Of a stretch of DNA of 64,000 bases, positions 13,320 to 24,179 are shown in pieces; the stretch's first letter is position 1, and each line of letters starts with the position of its first letter. Where the stretch lies: the NCBI GenBank assembly GCA_050084985.1, contig JBITNC010000001.1:52948001-53012000 (forward strand), written 5' to 3'. The position numbers were made by a program, and so were the translations under genes. The notes under the pieces were generated by a model that had not been told where the DNA came from, searched no databases, and worked only from the letters and a program-made list of their open reading frames with translations. This stretch comes from Nageia nagi (taxonomy: Eukaryota; Plantae; Pinophyta).

Positions 13320-14980
13320 CATGGATGCAATATAGGGCCTATTTGATGCGATATGAGCCATGGAGTTCAGCTATGGGTATGGTAGGGGACTACCACTTGA
13401 TAGTAGCAGAGAGGGATAGCTAGATGCTACAAGATTAGGGAACTTGAGAGGCTTTTCACACATTCCATGTGATAAGTACTTTTTGATAACATTAATGGAG
13501 CATTGGTGTGATGAAACCAACACATTTCACCTTCCCACGAATGAAATCACCATCATATTAACAAACATACATAAGATCTTGCAAGTTCCCATGAAGGGTA
13601 CACTGATTGAGTAGGCCACCCTCTCGATGATAGAGATGGAGGAGCATTGTTATTGGCTCATAGGAATCAAAGATTACTAGTTGAAGAAGAAGGGGGCACC
13701 CCTTCATGACACAGTCTACATGCTTGCTGAGGAGTAGGATTACACATGGTAGTTTCACCTGTATGTTATCGTTCTTATCGATACAATTCTTTGTAGTGAT
13801 AAGAACCATGAGTGTTTCCATATAAGGTACATTTTGATAGTGCAAGGGATATGCATATGAGGGGGAGATACACATGGGCACCATGCATCCTAGCCATGCT
13901 TTATAAGGACCTTCACAGTTTGATGTTTGTGAAGAGGGGCGAGAAGTCGATGGCCCATTTATTCATTCTTCAGGTGTGATCATACGAGCACATCAATGGG
14001 TCTCAAACATACCTACCAATAGTGACTCATGTGGACTTACCATGGTGGTTCAAGTGGCAGATAGGGTAGAGGTTAGTGATAACATAGAATGTGGAGTAGT
14101 TTCATCGCCATACTTTGATTTATCAGCATGGGAGGAGATGGATGATGAGCTATCATGGAGAATTACTTCATACCATATTCAAGGGGTTCGATAGGTGATA
14201 AAATATTATCACCTAGATCAGGTATTGTGATAGTTCAATATGTTGTAAGATTTTCTAATGATGAGGGTATGGCCAACTATGGCTCGCTACTATAGGTATA
14301 AGATAATCCCACCAAGGGTCATGGTGATGTTGATGTAGAGTGCAAAGTTGGAGGAGCCCAAGGATCATACCCCTAAAGTTCCTACTCTACACCATGTTCA
14401 CACTCTAGAGTACCATTGGTGGTGGGAGATAGTGAAGCCCTTGCCATTGGGCCTTGAAAATGAGGAGGGAGTGAGTGAGGGAGGAGAAGAAGAAGAAAAG
14501 GAAGAGGAATATGAGTCAAAGGAGGAGGTGATAGAGGAGCCCATGGATACAAGTGAGTAGGTAGTGTCACCCATAGCATGGACCTCAATACCCAAAGCTC
14601 CTACCCCCGATCTAGATGTGGCAAGTAAAGATACAATTAAGTATTTAACTTATGTTTTCGATAGAAAGATTGCAAAAACTAACATGAGGTTTGTTTATTG
14701 GTTGTAGGGCTATAGGAGGAGCTAGCTATGCTAAAGGCATAAGTGGTAGCTAGGGATGCATAGATCAACATCCTTCAGGGATAGATATAAGTAGTGCATG
14801 CCCTCCCACATGTCATGTAGGATGTCAAGATAAAGAGGTTGCAGGGATTGATCATGGTCAAGGATCAACGGCTAACATAGATGGGGGCCATGCTGACATA
14901 AATATCTATCATTTGATCCCAATCAAGATCTAGGTCTAGGTCTAGGACCCGATACTCATCTATTTCTCATAGTTCTTAGG
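13320..14980 (+). pseudogene. Plant mobile domain (aminotransferase-like PMD) ORF remnant, antisense to gag
   Basis: From 13492 reads LMEHWCDETNTFHLPTNEITIILTNIHKILQVPMKG, matching the PMD hallmark ERW..ET.TFHLP.GE.TITL.DV...LGLP..G. Followed by a Glu-rich tract (14348-14560) and a Ser/Arg-rich end. Confidence 0.8.
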
Positions 14981-15439
14981 GCGAGAATTGATTGTATCTC
15001 AAGCATCCATGTACTTTTTATAAAATATGATGATAGATATATATATTCTACATTTTATGGATGATTTGAGTTTCAAATTTTATATGCATGTTTATTTTTT
15101 AGACTATTTTTAGTTTGGGCTCACAAAGATAAAATAAACATAAATAATAAGCTAAAATGAAAAAAATTACAAAAATAGAGGCAAAAAATTACAAGATCTA
15201 ACAAAAAAAGATGCAAAAGGAGGAAAGATACTAGAAAACTAGGCCAAAAATAGAGCAACCATGCTAGATTCTAGTAGCATCACTCATTTATAGAGAGGAG
15301 AAATGAACAATTTTAATAGTACAAATGTAGGACATAAAAAAACACAAAAAAGTGCATAAAAAAATGAACAAATCAAAAAGAAAGCATACATAATGGCCAA
15401 AAAAACAAAAACATCATAAATCATACAAAGAATCGAAGG

Positions 15440-16560
15440 TTGAGTTGGTGGCTAAGGTGTATTCATAGTGTTGGTCTACAATTGCTTCTTATCATCATCC
15501 ATCTTTGCTTTCTTGAATTATGGAAATGGGTTGTTGAAGATTGCTAGCCCTCAATTTTGTGAATGTATGGGTCCATCCCATGGGATTTTTTTCTTAGGCT
15601 AATACTTATGTTCCTGCAAAACCTAATATGAAATTGCATGTTTAAACTTGAACTTACCTTTGTCATGCAATTCTTGGATTGTATTTCTCAAATGACAACA
15701 TTCTTTTGTGGCATGATTGGCTCTTGTATGGAAGTTGTAAAATAGATGGGCTTTGTAGTTTGAAGGTTTTATGTGAGGTGTTTCTCTCATGGGAGGATAA
15801 CGGATTAGGTTCTTGGTAACCAAATAATCTAAAACCTTGCTAATATACTCATGGAACTATATGTATTGGTAAGGTTTGGATTTCCAAACCTCTATATCAT
15901 CATGACTTACCCTAGAAATAATTTAGAATTTTGGTTCATGTTGGACTCTAGGTTTTTTGGTTTAGGTAGGGTTAGGTGAGACTTTCTTCATGTGATCCAT
16001 AGGCTCATTATAGGCTAGGTGACAGGACTCTTTACAGATCATTTCATCTATTAGTTGATCGAGGGAAGGTCTTCAAAATCTAAAAAGGCATGGCAATAAG
16101 ATGGGAGTAAGGCTCTAAGGAGGACATGTTTTTTAATGGTAGAGGGAAGTTGGACTCTATTGGCTATCTGATACCATTCTACAATGATGTCACAAATGAG
16201 TTGACATAATTTTTGTTTAAGAGCGTATATGTCCACTAGAGAGATGTCATGAGAGAAAAGTAGTCAATAGCAATCAAAGAATGCAGTGACAACATTATCA
16301 AAACATGTGATACTCTCATTTGGTAAGTTAGTAAACCATAAAAATGCTTCACATTTAAGACTTAAAGAAAATAACTTGCTAAGTAAATTATCATCATGTT
16401 CAACAATATGTGCTTCTAGATGAAATGTTTGTAAATGGACTCTAGGATTAGATTATGCATCAAATAAAGTAAACTTTACTTGTTCATCATACCTTTTCTA
16501 ATGAATGCATTGATAGAAAGGGTTGGTAATACCTCACAAAACTACAGGTGTTAATTTGTT
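15440..16560 (-). pseudogene. Decayed Tat/Ogre-type gag
   Basis: PRVHLQTF...LLSKLFSLSLKCEAFLWFTNLPNESITCFDNVVTAF (Retrotrans_gag-like), and FHTRANHATKECCHLRNTIQELHDKG (C-terminal H/C knuckle). Confidence 0.85.
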
Positions 16561-17731
16561 GATACAGTCTCAGATATCATCCATTTGTTTCTTCAATAGT
16601 TTTTGCTTTTTAATTGCATTGTCTGGTTTGTCAGGTTGAGATTATTTTCCAATATCTTGATTTTTTCTTGTTGGCATAGTTGCAAACAAACCAAAGCAAT
16701 GAATTTTTTCCATTTTAATATTTTGTATTAATTCACTTACCATGGTCATTTGATATTCTGATTCAACATTGATGTAAACACAGTTAAGTGTGAGAAACTT
16801 GAGTTCGTTGTGAAGGATGAGAAATTCTTCATTTGACCAACTAGGTCATATTCTCATTCCAAATGTGATAGCAAGATCTAGTTCTACCATCCAACTTTTC
16901 AAGATGGTATTTTGTGGTGGTGGTTCCTCTTCAACATCAAGATTGACCATGTCTTCTTCATCTTCATCATCGAGAGGGTAACAACCATTTAGGGTGATAA
17001 TAGGCTATGTGACGGTCCAACTTCAGGATCAAGGTTTTAGGAAGCATTGTTCGAGTCAGGTAACCCAAAGATGGAATTAATCTCAATGGCATCACTAGGT
17101 TCAAGGATGACTAGAGGGACTAGGTTGTGATGATTAGGTTGAAGATTAACAGTTGTTAACAAATTTATGCATGAAGGGTCAAAATATTTGTAGGTTTGGC
17201 AACATGATGTTAAGCTCATTTCATTTTTTGTTTGTTAGATCATGTGCTTTTACTTGGCATACTTAGTATCAGATTCTAGGGTAGACCCTAGGAGGTTCTT
17301 TATTTTGATATTAACTTCTTGGACACTTTGGACTAAGAGGGGAAGACATTCCTTCATAGCTAATAATTTTTTACTGTTAGGGTTTGACAAGATTTTGGTT
17401 AGTACCGCTAAGGTATTGGGTGGTAGATCCCTAAGTTTGGATGGATGTAAAGATGTAGCTGATGGACTATGCTCTTCTAGTGTGCTATTGTAGTCATCTT
17501 ATAAGCAAATCTTTCAAATTTGTTCACTCTATATTTTGGGTGCATTTGTGTAGACATATCATGCCCTAGTTTTCTTTGTCAATTTAGGAGAACATTCTGT
17601 ATTTTTTGTATGGGATGTAAGAGACATCTCCATTTCTGTAATGCTCTATAATTGATATTAGTCCACCAAAACCCTAGGATTTTAGCACATATAATGATAA
17701 ACAAATTCAGAAAGACATCAAGTTCACCATT

Positions 17732-18468
17732 TATTTTAACTATAAATGGAATAAATAAATAAACCTAAATACAGTTAAAGGGATAATAAAATGTAAAGTT
17801 AATAAATTCCTTGAGAGCTAATAGATGGATAAAGAGAGCAATGAAGATCTCCAAGACTTTAACCTATCAATACTATAAAATGAAAGATACAAACTTGTGA
17901 CTTACCTATGTTGATGAACGAAGGTAGTTTTCTAGCAAATGGTGACGAACAATGAGTTATTACATAAGATGCAGCCATGGACCTCTCAAGAACCCAATGG
18001 TGGCACTCGAAACCTAGAGATAGTGCTCATATATATGCTCAGATTGACCTTGCTCTTGGTTTGTTGTCATTGTTAGACCTTTGATCCATGAAAAGGTGCA
18101 TACGAATGGGGTATAGATCACAAGAATGCTCAGAGTATAACAATTTCCAGATTGATAGGTGGCATTAAGAAACACTAGTCTTAGAGACCTTTATAATTTC
18201 CACCTATCAAGGTTTTAGGATGATACACGATGATTGTAAGTTCTATCAATGATCATGCACACACCTCCACCTTTATAGGAAACATATAGGTGCCAAGATT
18301 CCTTCTTGAGCTTATTGTGAAGCCACCCACCCGTTACCATAAGACACAAAGGTAGATTAATGTGCACTTTATAGGTATTAGGCATTTGTTTAAGTAAACA
18401 AATAAATAGACTCTAGATACCTAAAAAGGGATTTTAATTAATTCAAAATTCCTTTTTAGGTGTTAACA
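17732..18468 (-). repeat. 5' LTR (737 bp)
   Basis: tattttaactataaatgg...ggtgttaaca; partner of 10633-11340. Confidence 0.9.
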
Positions 18469-18924
18469 CTCTGGATATTTACATTAGAAGAAATAAGGGA
18501 TCAGTGCTTGTGCATCAAAGGTTTAATTTAAATTTTAATGAATTATGAGTGCTATAGAGCAAGGAGGGTGAGGCCACTAATTCAACAATTATATGAACCT
18601 CCTTCGATAAATTCTCAAGCTTCTACAACCTTAGGGTCTTCTAGTAGCAGTTCAATCCTAAGGCTTCCTCTAGTAGTGAGGCCAATTACATATCTGGTAA
18701 TTATTGTTTCCCATACTTGGAGGATACCATTTTAGAAGGTGCAGCAAGTGAATCCACCTCAAGGAAAAGAGGCAAATTTGTTATTGAATCTGAAGAAGAG
18801 GAGGAGGAGGAAGTGGAGCAATCCTCTCTAGAAGAGTCCACACGATCTCCCCCAACAATGGAGGAAATGGACATTAAAGGTAATTCTCCTACAAGCTCTA
18901 AATAAACACTAGAGAATGAGCCTA

Positions 18925-19989
18925 TGATGTACCTTATAGAGGTCATAACTTTTCATCTTGATATCAATTTGAACCCATTTTGTTTTAGTGCATGTAGAAT
19001 TGAATTTTCTATAATTTTGTAACATCTCCTATGGGAGACACGTTTGAGGCCTAAAACATCCATCTTCATGCCCTAATTTAGATTTTAAATTTAGTTTCTA
19101 TTTTTAGATTTACAATAATTGCATGTGGAGACCCAATTCAAAAGCATGTGCTAAAACCACATGGTATTATTTGTAATTTTAGCCTATGTAAAGGTGTAAA
19201 GTTTAATGAAAAATAGAGTGGATTTTTGAGTTACATCATCTAGTATTAGAGTAAATAGAATCCTACCTATGAGGGAGTATTACCCATTGGTAGTCCTCCC
19301 TCTTCTTATTCGAGTGATTTTCCATATATAGGGGTGATATTTTTTTGATACATGCATGTGGATTTTGAAGGATCTGGATAGTTGAAGAAACTTCAGGAGC
19401 AAATTTGAATAGATCTATATTTCTGGATGTGAGATATGTTAAAATTTGGGTTGAATTTGTATTTTTCCTTACATATAGATATTCTTTTTAAGGATGAACA
19501 TCGTGGGTTGAGTGTTCACCATAAACATCAGGGTTGAGTGTTAACCATAAACACCATATATTCATCTTACATATTGATCTTAATAATTCTTTTGAGGATT
19601 GATTCTTATTCATTCATGTTGTCACTTTTTGAAATTAGAGGAACTCTGGGTGCTAATTTCTTTTCGACCAAATGAGAATGATGTACCTTGTAGAGGTCGT
19701 AACTTTTGATTATGATATCATTTTAATCCTTTTTTTGAGGGCATGCAGAATTGAATTTTCTACAATTTTGTAATGTCTCCCATGGGAGACACAATTGAGG
19801 CCTAAAACATCCATCGTCATGCCCTAATTTATATTTTAAGTTTAGTTTCTATTTTTAGATTTATAATAATTGCATGTGGAGACCCAATTCAAAACCATGT
19901 GCCAAAACCATGTGATATTATTTGTAATTTTAGCCTATTTAAAGGCCCAAAGTTTAATGAAATGTAGAGTGGATTTTTGAGTTACATCA
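18925..19989 (+). mobile_element. TRIM (terminal-repeat retrotransposon in miniature)
   Basis: LTRs 18925-19238 and 19679-19989, each TGATGTA...TACATCA. Decayed PBS TAGTATTAGAGT at 19241-19252; 440-bp non-coding interior; flanks GCCTA and GGCTA. Confidence 0.88.
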
Positions 19990-20627
19990 GGCTACCAATG
20001 AAGATATTCAAGCTTCTTCAGAACCTAAGAAGGATAGTTTCGAAATGGATTTTGAAGGTCCAAGCAAGTTGAAGACTCTTATCCCAAAAGTGTAGTTTCA
20101 AAAAATCTATGGGAAGCAAAGCCATTTTGAAGAACAGGGCTAAATTAGAAGTCGATGTAGAGAGTGGAGGAATGTCAAATTGGTAAGAAAGGCAATGAAG
20201 GTTTTCCAATACCTGTGGTACAAAAAATAGAAACTTGGTGGGGATCGTTAGAAGGTAACTCTGGCCTCTACATCAAAGGACATCCCTATTGCTATCTTAA
20301 TTTAGAACACAGATGGTTTGTCCAAGGTGGAAATTGAACTATTTTAGGACTCTTTCAACAAAAAAGATTCAAATTTTGTGTTAGATTGGAGCTCAATGGT
20401 TTAGCTAGTGCATGGATGGTGTGACCAGGAACCAGAAAAGAAGGATAGTTTCCTGTAGTATTTTATTGAAACTATGGTGAAGTTTAGATGATAGTTTTTT
20501 GAATCAAATGTAATACCATAGAATATCTATAAACTCATGTACATAAAGGTTTTGTGGCCATGTCTTTTTGAAAACCCATTGTAAAGTTTTTAACCTTATA
20601 AAAAAAAACATAATTTCAATTTTTTAA

Positions 20628-20769
20628 TTACGCCGAGAGGTGTTTCTACAGCTACAGCATGAGGGGTGGAGTGGGGGAAAAATGTCGCATGTGAGTCCGT
20701 CCGTTAAACAATTGGCGGAAAAATAATTTTTTTAAAATTAAAATTATATAACCGACTGAAATATTAAAA
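20628..20769 (+). repeat. ~140-bp segment duplicated at 21580-21720
   Basis: ttacgccgagagg(t/c)gtttctacagct...ccgactgaaatattaa is present twice with few substitutions. Confidence 0.9.
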
Positions 20770-21423
20770 GACACATCTTTTCAAAAATTATTATATAAAT
20801 GGAAGGAAGAATATCAAACATCATAAAAATTCATTCCCAAATCAATCGAGAGATGCAGTGAATTCAAACAAGCAAAGTTGGAACAAAAGATTGTAAAAAT
20901 AGAAGAGAACTTTAATTTTATTGTAAGTTAATTCTCTGCTATTGTAAATATATTTTTATTGTAATATTTCTTATTTCTTATTTTACATACAATTTATACT
21001 CTGAATTCTTTTGCGCTTCTTATCTTGCTGTTCACATAAAACTTTATCAAAAAATGCTCTGAATTCACAAAGTTTTACATGTCTTGGTCTAACATATTCG
21101 TTGTTGATGCCTTCTTTTCATTAGAAAGTTATTCAATAAAATCAACACAAGATCATAAAATCCCCATTATACCAAATTAATTTAGTTTATATTATTTCCA
21201 TCACATTTTGTGGTTTTCAATTTGCCATGCATCTCCACCACGTAGTGCCAATGCACTTCTACTTTGATATTTGAATAAGTAGATTGATATTTATACTTTA
21301 ACAGAGTCAATACAGTCATCCATAACATTATTTTATAATTTTATGGTATAAGAAAACTGTTGTGTATGTGTTCTGTCATAATATTATAATTTTATGGTAT
21401 AAGAAAAAATATTATAGGTATAA

Positions 21424-21579
21424 CTAGCTTTGATATAACCCCTTATATATCAAAAAACGTCGAGAGATATCATTTCGAGGTGCCTATCTCATTTCTTGGT
21501 ATTGCTATATCTAAGATAGGCACCTCGAAATGACATCTCTCAGCTTTTTTTGATATATAAGGGGTTATATCAAAACTAG
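21424..21579. mobile_element. 156-bp palindromic miniature (MITE-like) relative of the 21722-23764 element
   Basis: Left TIR (66 bp), then catttcttggtattgctata, then right TIR; junctions A|CTAG...CTAG|T. Confidence 0.85.
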
Positions 21580-21721
21580 TTACGCCGAGAGGCGTTTCTA
21601 CAGCTGCAGCATGGGGGGTGGAGTGGGGAGCAAAATGTCGCATGTGAGTCTGTCCGTTAGACAATTGGCGGGAAAATAATTTTTTTAAAATTAAAATTAT
21701 ATAACCGACTGAAATATTAAA

Positions 21722-23764
21722 CTAGCTTTGATATAATCCCTTATATATCAAAAAACGCCGAGAGATATCATTTCGAGGCGCCTATCTTGGACCATAAGAA
21801 GGCAGGGAGGAGGCTACCATTGACAATGCTTGAACATATAATAACAATTTATAAAGCATGTATTGTCTAACGCAGGAACGCCAAAGAGGCCTGGAATAAG
21901 CATTGAGACTTACATCTTCGCTCTGTTCAACGAGAATTTGAAGACAGGGGAGGAAACGGAGAAACACTTTGGGCTTTTCTACCCTTCTAAACAGCCGGTC
22001 TACCCCGTCAACAGTTCTCCGTAAGTCTCCCTGTGGCATACGCCATCTCGACAAAATAATTCCACTTCTCTCAAAAATAAAACGAAGGAAACAAATAGAA
22101 TGAATGTTTTGTTGACGGATGTGATGTTAACAAATGCTAGTTTTGTGACTTCGATTAATTGTGTTTGCAGTTATCTGTCCACGATTAATGTCAATCTGTT
22201 AGCGTAATTGTTATTTATCACTAATCCTATCGTTACATTGTGTCTGGCAATAAGCTAAATATTTTTGGATTATTAGTCCTTTTAATCATAGTTCATCTTT
22301 TGTGTTATTTTGTAATATGTTTTTCCTGAGTGGTTTATGTGTGGTGTGCTTTTTTAAAGGTATCGTAGCCATGGATCTGACTTTATAATGGCTGCGAATT
22401 TTGAATTGGAGGTCGCCCTGCATTTATTGCTATATTGGTATGTTTTAGGCTGGAATTTGCTGTAGCACTTGAGCTTTAGTTCTGTTCAAGTTATTTTTGA
22501 GTTTATTGTTCCGGTTAAGCAGTATTGGGGTTTCTCCAGAGTTTGTTGCTGTGGTATTTGTACTTCAAAGCTGCTTTCCAGGTTGATGATTCTATAAAAA
22601 ATTAATTGAGTATTGTGGAAAAACAGGTGTGTAGATTTCTGTCACAAATCTTTCCTATACAGTATAGTTGAAGGATGGGAATTTTTAATTTCTTCTTATG
22701 TGGAATGTATTTGAGATCTTATTTTTCTCTACTAGCCTTTGTTTCTTTGGTAAAGGTGAATATTTAAAACTAAAAAAATAAATTACATAAGAACTTTTCG
22801 AAGTCATTGAGAGGGTTCGATTTTTCAAAATTATATGTTGGTGCGAGGGTTCAATTCTTTAAGCCTCTCTATTTGTGTGCTCTATTTCTTGTGGTAGTGG
22901 AGTTATGTCATTTCTAGCTTTAATCTTATTAATTGAAAACTTAAATTTGATGGTCACTGCAAAATTCAATGGTTCTAATTATATAAATTATAGTAATTTC
23001 ATAAATGAAATAATTATGGGAGTTAATAATAAAAAATAAATTTAAAATTGTAATATAATATGTAAAATGAGATAAAATAGATAAGAATATTTGAAAAATT
23101 ATTTTTTGGTAAATTAGTGCAATAATAAAGATTAATGTTTAAAATATTAAAACAAGAAAGATTTTACAATCAATGTATGAAAGAATAAAAAAATGAAAAA
23201 TTATGGATATTTAAAGTTAATTGAATCATCTATAAAAAAGGAGGTAGCATGAAGGGTCCATTATGGATATTTTTGGGAAGATACTTGGTTGAGAAAAAAA
23301 TCTTTGATAAAATACCAAAATATGAGAGATGGTGCCATCATCTAAACTCCTACACAATAGTAAGGCAATTAAACCATTTATTTAACAACTCCAAGCATCT
23401 AGAATGATGCAAACATACTATTTAAGAGTTGATCTTTCTATAAAGATAGGTAGCATTAGAAATGATCCTTATGTTCTTAATATTTATTCTTGATATGTCT
23501 TTGTTTGATATCTAAAACCCTACAAATGAATATTTTTAGTAGGAGAAAAACTCTAACACTAAGCTCTTAGAACCCTAAGACACATAATTAGGGGTTAATG
23601 CTAGATTAGGTATAAGTAGGCCCCCTTGCACCCATTCAATAGTATGATAGAAAGATGAAATGATATCTCTATCTCATTTCTTGGTATTGCTATATCCAAG
23701 ATAGGCACCTCGAAATGATATCTCTCGGCGTTTTTTGATATATAAAGGATTATATCAAAGCTAG
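21722..23764. mobile_element. Non-autonomous 2.0-kb element with 70-bp TIRs, CTAG termini and a captured gene fragment
   Basis: TIRs 21722-21791 and 23695-23764 match at 68/70 by eye; no TSD visible; no transposase. Confidence 0.85.
21792..22024 (+). pseudogene. Captured C-terminal fragment of a glycoside hydrolase family 17 beta-1,3-glucanase (PR-2 type)
   Basis: Reads P*EGREEATIDNA*TYNNN(fs)[57 protein letters not shown], with the GH17 [18 protein letters not shown] and HFGLF motifs. 3'UTR-like sequence follows. Confidence 0.92.
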
Positions 23765-24179
23765 TATTTTTTACTCTTATAAGATGATTCTAGAATGGTA
23801 TTTACACTAATTTGTCACTCTTTCTAAAATGGTTGTTATTTTATAACTCTCAGTTCTTCTATTGCAATGTGGCAAGTTTAAATTATGAGAGTTACTTTGC
23901 AACTCCCACTCTCCACCTCTATTTATTGTGATGGTTTCTTCTATTTTCTTCATTAGGTAATTCTCATAATCTTTGTAATGAGCTCTCTATAGCTCTCTTT
24001 TTTCTTTAGCCTTTTTTCAGTCTTGCAATGTAGGGTTTTTTCTTTGTTTTATCCCCTTTAACAAATTTCTTGTGTCTCTTTAATTTGTGCATGCTCACTT
24101 TTGATAGTATATTTTCTTTACCTTGAAGCTTTTACTTTCAAGTTTAGTAATAATATTATTTTGATCATCCTAATATTTA

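Larger units (their letters stand above)
10633..18468 (-). mobile_element. Non-autonomous Ty3/gypsy (Tat/Ogre-like) LTR retrotransposon: gag only, plus antisense PMD
   Basis: Diverged LTR pair 10633-11340 and 17732-18468. Flanks CTCTA and CTCTG (4/5 TSD). On the minus strand a PBS-like TGGTGAAC starts at 17729 and a PPT-like AAAGTGGGGCATC lies at 11341-11353. Confidence 0.88.
10080..20460 (+). pseudogene. Decayed transposon-type accessory ORF split by two nested LTR insertions (pieces ~10080-10632, 18469-18924, 19990-~20460)
   Basis: The frame rejoins across both insertions: VNLPHFLYHSL|DIYIRRNKGSVLVHQ(fs)GLI and ENEP|TNEDIQASSEPKKDSFEMDFEG. Acidic/Ser-rich C-terminal part. Outer limits are approximate. 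Confidence 0.55.

Noticed and set aside
21721-23765. CACTA assignment of the TIR element
   Set aside because: The ends read AACTAG and CTAGTA, not CACTA/TAGTG, and there is no 3-bp TSD.
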